The notes under the pieces are model-generated. The model worked only from the letters and a program-made list of their open reading frames with translations. It was not told where the DNA came from and made no database searches. Below, piece after piece: positions 38,604-51,685 of a DNA stretch of 64,000 nucleotides. The number at the start of each line of letters is the position of its first letter. Position 1 is the first letter of the stretch. The position numbers and the translations under genes are program-made. Origin of the DNA: Azolla caroliniana (lineage: Eukaryota > Plantae > Polypodiophyta); contig JBHGNT010000006.1 in the NCBI GenBank assembly GCA_043228905.1, positions 2,170,001-2,234,000 on the forward strand, in the 5' to 3' direction.

Positions 38604-39653
38604 TCAGAATTGATCATTATCAAAATCTAAGCTCCTATGACCTCCAAAACCTCTGCCGGGTCTGGAAACAGGTGCCGCTGATGCATAATCAACCCTGATT
38701 GCACGTCCATCTAGAACCTAAATATTCATAAAATTGAAAAGTTACTATAATTATACAGAGGTAGCCCAATCTATAATGTAGAGAAACAAGATATACCTTC
38801 CCATCCATTCCTTGGAGGGCTGCTTCAGCGTCAGTTTCTGAGCCAAATGTCACAAAACCAAACCCCCTAGACCTCCCAGTTTCGCGGTCAGTGATTACTT
38901 TCACTGTTTTCAAAATATTGTCCACTTAAAGCCTATTCTACTACAGCATGCTGGAATGTTGTTAAAGAATGAGGCAACTTGCCTTCATGTATATCACCGT
39001 GTACTGAGAATGCCTGCCGCAAAGAGTCCTCCTCGGTAGTATATGACAGGCCTACATTGGAAGTTTGGGTGATTGGCACAAAAATATAGACAATTTGCAA
39101 CACCATTAATTAGTTAATCCCAAATGCAACCGAGATTGATGAGCCAATGTGGAATGAGCCACAGCAACCATATGGAAATAACTGATCCAAGTGCAACCAT
39201 ACCAAACGGCAAATATATTTGCAACAAAACTAATGAGCTCATCCCAAATGTAAAAAATGGAATAAACCAACTGCTCCAAATGCAACCAAATCAATCAATT
39301 CTGCAACCGGATGGATGAACTTCAATAAACGCATTCAAAAATTGACAACTCAACATATCATCATAACCAATATCAAGGAGAAGAAGATAATCTAAACCCC
39401 TGTTTTCCGGGTGCAGTTTTACTACCAAATATCCCATGAGATGAGCTCAAAGTGCTCAAAAATATGTTTAAGAAATAGAACGAAACGACAAGAACATTGC
39501 TCATCTAAGAATATCCTGGAGGAGATACACATTACCTCCAATGAAGAGCTTGGAAGAGACAATGCCTCTGACTGTCGTGAAGATGAATGGAACTTGTATG
39601 CAGAGGTCTCTCCGTCGGAAGAGACCTCCCATTCCTGTGAATCTGCTCACCAT
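38604..39653 (-). CDS. Single-RRM organellar RNA-binding protein (mitochondrial RBG/ORRM-like)
   Basis: Exons 39653-39536, 39051-38983, 38903-38797 and 38717-38604. An Arg-rich presequence is followed by KLFIGGLS (RNP2), ITDRETGRSRGFGFVTF (RNP1) and LDGRAIRVDYA. Intron 2 has a GC donor. Confidence 0.9.
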
Positions 39654-39755
39654 TTCCGCTCCGCTCTGGTGGAACAGAGAGATGTTGTAGAAGTCTCTGT
39701 TTCTCGCATTCGAGAGATGTCGACAGATGTGATGCTGTTTCAAAGCAATTGGGAG

Positions 39756-39768
39756 GGTTTAGGGTTTT
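39756..39768 (-). promoter_or_regulatory. Telo-box (AAACCCTAA) in the RRM gene leader/promoter
   Basis: ggtttagggtttt on + reads AAAACCCTAAACC on -, about 100 bp upstream of the ATG. This position is typical for plant telo-boxes. Confidence 0.5.
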
Positions 39769-39944
39769 AGAAGATTTAAGGTTTTTGATGGTTTTTTGGG
39801 TGAGTGTGAAGGAGGGATTAAGCTGTAGAGACTCAAGAGGATGGATTGATTGATGATGTTTAATACATGGTTTATTTACTTACTGGTTTGTGCTCGAGGG
39901 ATTCTTCGGACATGGTTTATGGTCCGAGAGGGGTTATTGTTGCC

Positions 39945-40370
39945 AATTTAATTTTCAAGGATTGGGTTTAGTGTTTGTTAATATTGCTCTCAAGGTCTAC
40001 TATTTAATTTTCAAGGATTGGGTTCACAGTTTGGAAGGGGTTAATATTGCCTTCAATGTCTACTGTTTAGTTTTCAAGGATCATGTTTACAATCTGGAAG
40101 GGGTTAATATTGCTTTCAAGGTCTATTGTTTAATTTTCAATGATTGGGTTTACGAGAAGGGGTTAATATTGTTTTCAAGATCTATTGTTTAATTTTCAAG
40201 GATTGAGTTTACAGTCTAGAAGGGGTTACCAAGGTCTATTGTTTAATTTTCAAGGATTGGGTTTATGGTATGGAAGGGGTTAATATTGCTTTCAAGGATG
40301 AGGTTTACGGTTTGGAAAGGTTAATATTGCTTGCTTTTAAGGTTTACTGCTTAATTTTTAAGGATTGGCC
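39945..40370. repeat. ~60-bp minisatellite, about 7 diverged copies
   Basis: Consensus tttaattttcaaggattgggtttacagtctggaaggggttaatattgctttcaaggtctattg is repeated head to tail. Confidence 0.9.
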
Positions 40371-42414
40371 CATGGATGGGGTTTATGTTTAAACCTCGTA
40401 ATGTGTTAAGGTATCGTGATGAATTGTAGGGCCCAACATTTTATGTTCCATGAGTCTAATGAAGCTTAGATGATCCAAAGTTATTTCTTTCAACAATTTC
40501 GTAGATTTTGGTGCATTTTAGGTTTCAAGGGTTTCAAATTTCTCATACATACATGTTCCAAGTTATTTTAGCATGCAAGGAATTGTTAGATCACATAGTG
40601 ACTGCTCTGTGCAACTTAAGTAGTGAGAGTTGTTTGGCTAAATGTTCATGCACTATCATATAACGAAATTTGGATTGAAGATCATACATACTTTGTACAC
40701 GCGTTCCCACCTAATTGGCAATATGCACACAAACATTTGACATTTTTTTGTTATCACTTGATCAAGGAGAAATAGGTCATCTACATGTATTAATAGTGAA
40801 CAGGGTTCAAATTTAAAATAAGGTGATTATTGGTTGGGATCTATTTCATGTGTTTATTGTGGTTTTAGCTAATCCAAGAGCATGCATAATAGTTTCTCCT
40901 AAAACAATGGCTTTACAATGTTCGCTTTTCCGAACCAAGGGACAAATGTCATCACCTTTCTTAGGCAATGTTAACAAGAAGATGTTAGCTCAACATTTAT
41001 ATGAAAATATTCAAGATTCCTAGATTTTAGCTAGCCCTCCAACAAAAATGTCGTGACATTTTTAAAGCCTAGGAATGGTAATGAAAAGCGTTTTGTCTAC
41101 AAAACTAAAAAACAATTTTATTCATAGCAATTGACAAAGTCTTTAGAATTTTAAATTTCACGTGCTCCACAACCCGTCCACAATCAAGAACAAGCATGGG
41201 AAAAAAGTGTGTGGTCGAAGGCAAGTCACCATCTAGCACAAAAGGCTCCTTGACTCTCAAGTCCCACCATTAATCCCATTGTAAAACACAAATGCACAAT
41301 AAGATATTGATGCACTACAGATGTATTTCAAGAGGCAATCAATCGACTAGAGAGATTTTGCACCTTTGACCTCAAAATGTTATGCATGTTGGGTCGAACG
41401 GTCCAATGTGAAATAGGACTTCATGAGAAAAGAAGTTGTCGATCCCCTTAACAATTGTGAATTGCATAAATTAGACATGAGTCACTAGATTTAGAATATG
41501 TTTTCTGCTCAATTTAGCTCATTGTTGCATGCCCAATACATGTTCATGAAATAATCATAAACATGTTTTTCATTATGAATACAACCCATGTGACACATAC
41601 ATTTTCGCCTCATTAGAGGGATGATACTTGTTTTATGTTGTTGGTCATGTTTCGATAGGCACGATGCTTCGAGTTAATGGTGATATGGGTTTAGATCTTC
41701 TGCTTTGTCAACATGTGGGTTGCAACCCAATAAAATAGAAGTTGACATGCAATATTGATTTGGAGAACCAAACACAAATCACACCATGATTATTAGATTT
41801 TGATGAGGAGGCCATAAATATTGGGACAACCAAATCTTGACAATATATGTGCATTTATATACGTGACATGGAATTTTGGATATCGTTGTTTGACTTTGAT
41901 GGTCATATGATCAAATATATCTTTACATAAAAGCCATCCAATATATCCACAAATTTAACATGTCTTCTAATTAGAATAAACCAACTCAACCAAACATAAC
42001 AACACTAGGATTCCTAGAGTTAGATATTCTTCCAAAGAAAGCATGACATCTCATCGTTTCTAACTTGAAAACGCAATGGGTTGGTTCACAATGCGTTTAG
42101 TAACGAGATCCCAAAGGCTTGAGAAAGCTTAAAAGTTTATACATTACCCACACTCCAAGCCTACATTAGTAAGGAGTGTTCACTTGGATGCCAATTCATT
42201 AGGGCACTAGGGTTATAGATGACCATTCATTGATTTTGTGCACCGAGTAGGTACCCAAAAAACAAATGATGCAAACAACATATAACTTAAACATGTGATA
42301 TGCGATGATAGATCGAGTGCATATTGCACGAAGTCAATGAATGTCATGGTGTGCCATGGCAATTAGATTGGATATGGCATGAAGTCAATGAATGTCACGA
42401 GATCATAACATGGT

Positions 42415-42710
42415 CAACCAATGGCTTTGTCATCTATTCAACCAAGAAAAGAAAATTCTAAAACAACACAGTCATGTACTGTGCCAACCTAATGTAGACT
42501 CATGGATCGAGAAACGCGAGCAAAACTACATTCGTCAACGTATAGGAAAAGGGCCAATGGTTCAACCAATGGCTTTGTCATCTATTCAACCAAGAAAAGA
42601 AAAATCTAAAACAACACAGTCATGTACTGTGCCAACCTAATGTAGACTCATGGATCGAGAAACGCGAGCAAAACTACATTCGTCAACATATAGGAAAAGG
42701 GCCAATGGTT
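42415..42710. repeat. Near-perfect 148-bp tandem duplication upstream of the transporter gene
   Basis: atggctttgtcatctattcaaccaagaaaag starts at 42421 and 42569. Confidence 0.95.
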
Positions 42711-43406
42711 CGGAGGGAGGGAAGTTCTCCATGTCCTATCTATCCAACACGATACAGAGACACGATCCCGCATACCTGCAACAACAACATAATGTAGGAT
42801 TCAGACATGTGATACAAAGGGCGCGATCAAACGCACGTCTGCTTACTATAGGAGCTATGGAGAGATACAAAGGCACGGCAAATGAGAAATGAGGGAGAGC
42901 AATACACATAAAGGAGTGAGAGTGAGAGTGGAGTGACAAAAGAGGAATCGAACCCAAGACCTCGGAGAGGAGTCATAAATGGTTGCGTAAGAAGATGGTT
43001 ACTATGTGTGTTGAGAAACAAACAGGATTCTAGTCGTAGTGAGGAAGAAGGGGAGGCTCTGCAGCAGACACAGAGGAAGGAAGGGAGCGTGGTAACTACC
43101 CCCCCCCTCTCTACTCTGTTTTTTTCTCTCCCTTTTTCCTCTTCACATCTTCTGTTCACGGCTTCTACGCCTCTGCTTCCCCATGTGATCCATCAGTTTT
43201 CCTCCCTCCCTTTCTTCTTCTTCTTCTTCTTCTTCTTGTTCGGGTAAGATCTCCTTCTCACTCAGAGCTATGCCAAGCCAACCGCCGGTTTTTTTTTTCT
43301 TTTTTCTTTTTTGCTGGTCTGCTTATTCCTAATTTGTCTCGATCAACATTGTAGATCTGTCACCAGATCATCTTGATCTGTGTGGTAAATCAAAACCCTA
43401 ATCCTA

Positions 43407-45719
43407 ATGGAAGAGAAGTGGGTCGGAAGGTCTGCTGCTGTCGCTGCTGTTCTTCAATGGTGGTTCTTCAATGTCCTTGTCATTGTGATGAACAAATGGA
43501 TATTTCAGGTAAACGATCTTCTTTCTCATTCTCTTCATGTATATATATATATATATATGAACTATTCTGCTTCTGGCTATGGTTATGAACAAAGACTTGT
43601 AGATTAAAAACTGGTATTATAAAGGGAAAACTACTATCACGTTAAATTAGTTAATTTTGGATGAATCTAGTTCAAACTTATTACTACAAAAGACGTATCC
43701 TGATAAACCCTCCACTGGTTACTGGTATTTTTTTTGTTTTTCCCTGAATGCTATTCTCTCTCTCTCTCTCTCTCTCTCAATTTGCACATGTTTGAATGCC
43801 CTTCATTTCACATAATTGAATGTAGCCATTTGAAAAACGAAAATCCCATTTTTTTACTTTTTGTTTGAGCAGAAGCTGGACTTCAAGTACCCACTCACAG
43901 TATCCTCAGTACATTTCATATGCTCAACAATTGGGGCTTATATAGCTATTAAGATCTTGAAGGTAAAGCAATTGATAGAGGTTGATCCCGCGGATCGATG
44001 GCGTCGAATTCTACCCATGTCTTTTGTCTTTTGCATCAACATCGTTCTAGGCAACGTGAGTTTGCGCTACATTCCGGTGTCCTTTATGCAAACCATAAAG
44101 TCCCTAACACCAGCTACAACAGGTCAATATTCGTTCTTTTGAGACATTTTATTCTTTATATAAACTGGCATAATATGTAGAGAGTTTTTTGTAGAATTTC
44201 TCAACATTCTGAAAATGGTTGTAGCACAATGCAGTGGTCTTGCAGTGGTTGGTTTGGAGTAAGAGCTTTGATCGGAGAGTATGGTTGTCGTTAGTGCCGG
44301 TTGTGGGTGGCATCATGCTGACGTCGATCACAGAGACAAGTTTCAACATGTTTGGATTCCTGGCAGCCTTCATTGGTTGCTTGGTCACCTCAACCAAAAC
44401 TATACTCGCAGAGTCTTTATTGCATGGGTTCAATTTTGACAGGTATGCTTAACTGTGATATTAGCATACCTCAGTTTAGTAAATCATTAAGGCCAGAGAT
44501 GGACCACCCATTAGTTCCACGACGGTTATACATACGCCTAGACACAGAATAGACAGCTATGGTATGGACACTGACATAATGTCTTATGATTATATAAAGC
44601 CCTATGGCGATGGTATGGTCATAGACCTAGGTTTCATGGTGATACAAAGAACTAGGTACCCTTTTGCAAGATCTCTTAATCATGATGGTATCTAGACCTA
44701 AGGTTCCAGACAAACAAAGGCCTTGGGTTTCATGGATATAAAATGGGCTAACGACCTTTATGCAAGCTCACATGATGGTGTGTAGATCTCAGGTTCCAGA
44801 TAGATGTAAATCTAGGACTATATAGGCAACTATGATTCGGTCAATTACAGTTGGGACATACACCTAGGGTTTTCATGGACAATCATATATAAATAGCTAT
44901 GGATCAATCTTTTGGCCTTATTGCATATGCTCAATTCAATTCTGATTTTTCTACACATAGAGCCTAACGTACTAACCATCTTGCTTGACTGTGTCTTTCA
45001 GCATTAATACTGTCTATTATATGGCCCCTTACGCGACCATGATATTGGCATTTCCAGCACTTATTCTAGAAGGTCCTGGTGTCTTGGCATGGATTGCTGT
45101 TCAGGAATCACTTGTGAAGCCATGTATTATACTTTTTGGCTCAGGAATATTTGCATTTTGTCTCAATTTCTCTATTTTTTATGTGATCAAGACAACTACG
45201 GCAGTCACATTCAATGTTGCAGGCAACATGAAGGTAAAGGCATCAGCATAATCTAAGGCTTCATCTACTCTTTATGGATAATCATCAAAACTCAACTTCA
45301 ACTTGTTGGTATATACTGGAATACTCCAAGGTTTCAAAAATGAATTATTAGAATATACTGATGCAGTAGGAAAGTTAGAAAAGCTTGGCAGTATTCTTGT
45401 ACCCTTGTAAACTTAGGGGTATTCTGGTACTATAGCCAACAAGCTAGGGGTATGTTTTTGCCTTTTATTATGCATGGTAAAATGTTCTTAAATTTGCCTT
45501 TTTTGTGTTTTTTTGATGGAATAGGTCGCCGTGGCTATTGTCATATCATGGCTCATCTTCCGCAACCCAATTAACGTTTTGAATGCAGTTGGATGTTCCA
45601 TAACACTTTTAGGCTGCACTTTCTATGGCTATGTCAGGCATAAGCTCTCTGAAGCAGCCAAAACCACGGGTTTTCAGGCCTTGGAAAAAAGTGATGACAT
45701 AGTTTCTGAGAAACTCTAA
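43407..45719 (+). CDS. Nucleotide-sugar transporter, TPT family (GONST5/UDP-GalT1-like)
   Basis: Exons 43407-43508, 43873-44122, 44235-44442, 45002-45233 and 45525-45719. Motifs: LQWWFFNV..I.MNKWIFQKLDFKYPL, RRILPMSFVFCINIVLGNVSLRYIPVSFMQTIKS, TTAVTFNVAGNMKVAVA. Confidence 0.93.
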
Positions 45720-47514
45720 CAAAAAAGCTGCATAAATTTCTAATTATTTTTGCCAATGTTCTTTTCTCTCTTAAAAATTTCATGAAGGAGATTCCTCTCT
45801 TTTCATGTTTTTGCCATTTGTGGCAACAATACGGAGTATTTAATTTTTCTTTTATTGGGTGTGGGGGTGGGGGCTTGAATTCTTGCAAGGCAATGACCTA
45901 TACCACTAGGTCCACCTCCCACGCCCATCTGATTTTTTATTTTGTTCTTATAAAATTGCTAATGCATGATGATTGAATATAAATAAGTTTTTTTTTTCTC
46001 TATTGACATTGATTTCCTACAAATTTATTCATGGAGTTACTTAGTCCTTTTTTGGTGTTCAGGTAAATGGACCACATAGAGGTGGTAAGATTACCCAAGC
46101 AAGCGCTTGAATTATAGTTCCTTTGAGGCCCTGCATTCATGTGGAGGCATTTTAAGTTTGATCCAGTTATCGATTGCCGACGTATATGATGCCAAACGTC
46201 ATCACCAGAAAGGGTTTTAGAAGTAATCTCATGGAATAAACCTCCCAAACAACCACACAGTTACTAACACATACTCATGTTAAACCACGTTGACTGATTG
46301 CCATGCATTCTTATTATCAGTTTATTTCATTGATATTGATATATTTTTATCGAACCTTCTCTTTTGTCTCAATGCTTGTGTAAGAAGGATGCTCGATGTC
46401 CACCATGTCAATAAAACCTATTATTTCAACTCCACTATGTTAAAAACAAAATTATTTCAACTGTGTATCTTTGAATCCCATTTTAATCAATCGAAACACA
46501 AACATAGAGTTCAGCTCAAAATTATTGATGCTAATTTAAGATAATGTATAGGACTTAAGCTAAACACTTTGGGTGTTATCTTGACTTGGTATATGTAGTC
46601 TTGCCAAAGACCATAGGCATACTACTTTCAAGAGTGTAATCTAGAAGTTGTAAAAATGCCAAGATTGTGGATATGTTGTTTATAAAAGTTTCTTTAACTG
46701 TTTGATTAAATAAATGTGAAGCTCATTCCATTTCCTCTCTAATAAAATGTGCCATGCTAGATGGGGAAATTATAGGTTAAAACCTTGCCATTTTTTATGT
46801 AAATGTGGGTAATTTGTCAGCATGTTTGAGTAGGATCATTGATGGTTGTTCAATGTAGTAGCTGAAGATGGATTCATATATACTTTTGGTGTAAGCTACT
46901 AGTTTGCATGAATTGAGAATTGAAGTATGATGAAAATCTCAAATATAGAGTCAAAGGCATTACTTAAGTGTCAAACCCACAATGACACTACAAAGTGTAA
47001 TTTGTATTATTGTGAACATTAAAATTGACATAAGGTTGCTTGGAGACTATTGCTTTTATAATGCGCTTTACGGCTAGGTATATATGTTAGTGGAGACATT
47101 TGTGCTCTCCATTTGGTGTAAACTAAAAGATTGTGCTTCTTTAACTTGGTAGCTCATAATTTTTTTTTTACTTTTTGATTATGTTCATATTGTTTAACAA
47201 ATTAAGTTCACAATTTATTATTGTTTGCATTATCAAAATAGCATTCAATAATAAATCACTTTCCTTTAGTAGTAAATTACTTGATATCTTATCGAATGAG
47301 TAAAAAAATGGAAGTAAAACACACACCAATATAATCAATGTATCCCCAACATTGCAATGAATTCGAGGTTAGCATGGAATTTTCAAAATACCCTTATATT
47401 GTTCTACAATTACCAAGATGTTCTCATTAGAATTGGCAAAATAGACCCAATTTTTGTTATCATCTTTTGGTTTTGATTGATTAAATTTCAATTCATAAGT
47501 GTGACGAATAAATT

Positions 47515-48000
47515 AGGGGGTGATTACCAATATTAATCATTGACTTATGGGAAATCTCCCCACTTATGGCTACCTAACAAAGTGATTAATCAACCACTAA
47601 CAAGGAATTAAAGAGATTTATTACTTACTTGTCAGTGATTAATTACAAAATGATTAATCATCCACTTAGGGATGATTAAAGAGATTCATTACACACTTAT
47701 AGGTGATTAATCATCCATTCATGGGTAATTAACAATGTGCTTAACATCCGCCCATCATTGATTAAGAAGATTTATGATCCATTTAGGAGGCGATTAACAA
47801 TGTGGTGATTCTGCCCAACCTTACTGATCCTCCACTTTTGGATGATTGATGAGGTTATATGTACATACTAAGGGATGACTATGGAGGTGATTAATGACCA
47901 AGTGAATCCAGCCAGCCTCATAAATCATGTGCTTACGAGTGATCAAGGCGATTAATCACCGCTTGTTTGTGATTAAGGAGCTGATTAATGATCCAATGAT
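47515..48000. repeat. Degenerate array rich in TGATTAATCA-like palindromes upstream of TIC21
   Basis: gtgattaatca, atgattaatca, gcgattaatca and variants recur more than ten times. Confidence 0.65.
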
Positions 48001-48225
48001 TGGAGTAGGAAGGAGCAAACGGGGAAGGCTAGATCTGTAATTTCAAGTACCTAGGAGGTTATTTCCAAACCATATGCCATTTATACCTTGGGCTCTTCTT
48101 ATCTATCACCAAGAGCTTCTCTGTCGATCTACTGCAGACAGAATAAAGGAAAGAAAGAAATCATCAAGAGCCTCTACCTCTCTCTGTCTGGTGCGGACAG
48201 GAAGGAAAAAAAAGAAAGAAGAAAA

Positions 48226-51200
48226 ATGCATCAGTTGCTCATCTCCAAATCTGCAGGTTACAGGAACATTTCATCCTTCCTTCCTTCATGCCAACTCCTC
48301 TACACAAGAAAAATACCTTCCTCTCCTCCATCCCTCTCTGTATTCCCTTCCGGTCGTTGCTTATCATCTGTCCATAGTTTCGCTTCGTCCTCTTCCATGA
48401 TGATGATGAAGAAGAAAAAGCTTCAAGGTGAAAGAAAGCATTCCTTTCGTCTTGTCTTTGCTTCCCTCAGTGGATCCGATGATCCTGAAGAAATTGCCAA
48501 GCGTGAACAGGTACTGAATCTATACCTCATTCTTCGTGTTCATTTCATTCTTTAATTTGAAGGTTTGCCACATATTGTTTAAGTTAGGGAGGTCTAGCTT
48601 TAGGTATAAGTTTAGATTTAAGGTTTAGGGTTTTGACCACGGATTACAAAAAAATTTACCCTTAACCAATCAAGCATACCTGTTAGTTCAGTTCGTAGGT
48701 GGTACTTCTGAATATGAACTGATTATATCTACATAAATTTTAAAAGTTCTTTTTTTATGTAGAGAAATGCATGCATTTTTACTTGTTTTGATAAGGGAAG
48801 AATTTCTAGAAATGTATTAGGGGATGGTTCTTGGTTGGGAGAAAATACTTAAAGCTTGGGTAAACAGTAAACTATTCATAGTAGTGGCCTCCATGTTGGG
48901 GGGCTGAAACGTTTTCTTGAATCCTAACGTAGCTTTATTAAGTAGCATGGCCTCTTTAACAATCAACCTGTTGTTCTGGAAAGGTACGTATTTTGAAAAG
49001 TAGTATTTAAAAGACTTGAAACTTGGGAAAACTGTAAGCTATTTTATGCTTGTCACCTCCAATGAGCAATCTATTAGTTTCGAAAGGTATTTTGAAAAGT
49101 AGTGTGGAAAAGCATTAAAAATTGGTAAAACAGTGAGCTATTTTATGTTTGTCACTTCCAGGGTGTATACTATGGAAGGTGTTCTCGGTTGGGAAGAGAT
49201 ATCTTGAATCTAACCTGTCTTGTTAATCAGCATTGCCTCTCTAACAGTCAATCTTTTTTTTTCGGAAGTTATTTTGAGAGATTGTATATAAAATCCTTAG
49301 AACCTGGAAAAACAATAAGCTATTTTATTTTTGTCGCCTCCATGGTGCATATTATGGGAGGGATCTCAGTTGGGATAAGATTTTTTCAAACTTAACGTAG
49401 CTTTGGTCATCAATATTATGTCTCTAACAACCAATCTATTGTTTTGAATGCTATTTTGAAAATAGCATGTAAAAGCCCTAAAACTTGGAAGAACAAGATG
49501 CTATTTTAGTTGAGAATCAAATATTTCTGGACTCTGCATTTATGAAGGTCATACTTTCAATTATTTCCCTCTTATTGGTTAGAACGGTCAATGTATCTCT
49601 ACTTCTGGAATAAAGGGCAACGTATAACATTGTGCTTCATGTATCTGATTTCACTAATTACACTTTATTTATGCTAATCACATGATGAAGGAGAAACCTT
49701 GTCGAAATTAGATTTGTACACAAACATTTTAGCTCAGGTGGGCATGTTGCTAAGCATTATCTCTTAAATAAGGATTGAGGCTGTCTCAACAAGATGATAT
49801 GTTCATGTTGTAATCTCTTCATTCCCAGGAATAACTTGTTTAATGTTATGCTGTGAATCAAGGAGAGCATGAATCTTTTACCATTGATGTGCTGTATTTC
49901 ACCTTTTCTAATATCACAGCAGGTGAACATGAACACGATTCTGTGCAATAGACACCAATGATAATATGAAATTAATATAAACTTAAAGCTTTTGATTTTA
50001 ACAACTGAATGACCCGTTTATTGGGGCAAACAATACAATTGTAATGGTTCTGGCACTACCTATGTATTAGGTAGCTGAAATGCTATTGTTATCCTTTTGT
50101 AGGTCTCGAAACTGTTGGGATCTGCAGCAAGGAATTTCCGAAGATATGGAACATTAGGATTTTGGGGACAGCTAGTGTGTACAGTAGTATCAGCTGCCAT
50201 TCTGGCATTTTCAGTTGCAATAAGCGGGACACCAACATCACAAGCCACCTTTTATGCAACTGCTGGAGGGATTACAGCTGCATTTTTGTCTGTCTTCTGG
50301 TCATTTGGTTACATCAGATTGTCTGAACGGCTTCGTGATACAGTGAATAACCTTAAAAAGGTAACAAAGCATACCTAGTTTTGTGAGAACTCCAAGAACT
50401 TCCTGTGACCTTTCCTTTAACTCTGCTCCCAAGTTTTCCTTATTTCCTTAGAAACACCCTGGTCAGCCCCAGAAAGCCAGAGAAAAGGAGATGCATTGAC
50501 AATATAATTGCTCGAATGGCATATATAACTCAGAAAAAAGGGGATGAATTGACGATATAATTTAGCAAATAGCACATCATTGAGAAAAAGGGAATAAACT
50601 AGCTATATGATTTCCTGAAAGATGCATATAGTTGCTCAAGAGGGGGGATTGACTAAGTGCACTTTGGAAAAGGAAGATATAAACGTCAGTGGTCTTTATG
50701 AGTTTCACTTTATTTGGTCTCAAGAGTTGTACGGTTTTTGTTTTATAAATGTGACTTTACAGGCTCCTCCACGGGCTGAAGTGGTGAAGAATCTCCAGAA
50801 TGGAATCATAATCAATCTGTTGGGAATGGGATTGACATTGCTTGGATTGCAGGCAACAGTAGGTGCCCTTGTAGCAAAATCTCTCACAGCAAGTGCGGGG
50901 CCATATTTGCAAGGGACGGCTGCTGGTTACAGCCCTGTTTTGGCCCTAGATGTTTTCTTGGTGCAGGTATTTTACTTCTGTTCTTATCTGGCCTATTGAT
51001 ATCGATATTATTGGCAATGGTAGATAGGGATCATGCTTGTTTATGATAACAATAGTCCAATGTCTGTACATCATTGATGTATATGTCATTCAATAGATCA
51101 GATGTGGTACAGGTTCCGGATATGATAGCGATATGATACATGGTTGGCTCATAGGAATAATGGTTTTTCGTCATGATGATTGTTCTAATGTCTGTCATTC

Positions 51201-51685
51201 AATGAATGGCATGAGTGCTTAACACGGCATCAATATTGTACATGGTTGGACACTTTTGAGCTCAGATTTTATCTGATGTTTCCTTCCTTGGACATAATTG
51301 TGTTCACTGTGGTAGTTAAGGATCACACTTGTTTATCATAACAATTGTCATCTCTCATTGTTGATGTTTATGTCATTCAATGAATACTACCTACAAGGGC
51401 ATGCATATGGTTTATGGTATATGAGTAGTTTATGTGGTACAACATATAGTACGATTACATGCCATGGTTTTTTTGATCATCACTTTATTATTTCATTTGA
51501 GAGCAGGGATCGTCCAATTCAATCACGTGAAGTTCCATCTGTTTTGATATATGTTCTTGTTTTTGCAGGCATCGTCAAACACTGTACTTTCTCATTTTCT
51601 GGGCCTAGTTTTCTCAATGGAACTGCTTCGCTCAATAACGCTGTCTCAGCCACCACCTGAAAATGTTATTCCTAAGCTAACATGA
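48226..51685 (+). CDS. TIC21: Chloroplast inner-envelope TIC21/PIC1 (CIA5)
   Basis: Exons 48226-48510, 50103-50360, 50763-50966 and 51569-51685. A Ser-rich transit peptide is followed by GFWGQLVCTVVSA, FLSVFWSFGYIRLS, APPRA.VVK...NLLGMG...QATVG.LVAK and LALDVFLVQASSNTVLSHFLGL..S.ELLRS. Confidence 0.93.
48830..49510. repeat. Diverged multi-copy repeat in TIC21 intron 1
   Basis: tattttgaaaa.tag...aaa.ttgg.aaaac...agctatttta occurs about four times. Confidence 0.65.

Noticed and set aside
39945-40370. Regularly spaced repeats as a CRISPR array (also 57566-58070)
   Set aside because: Whole units repeat with no unique spacers, there are no cas genes, and the context is eukaryotic and intron-rich.
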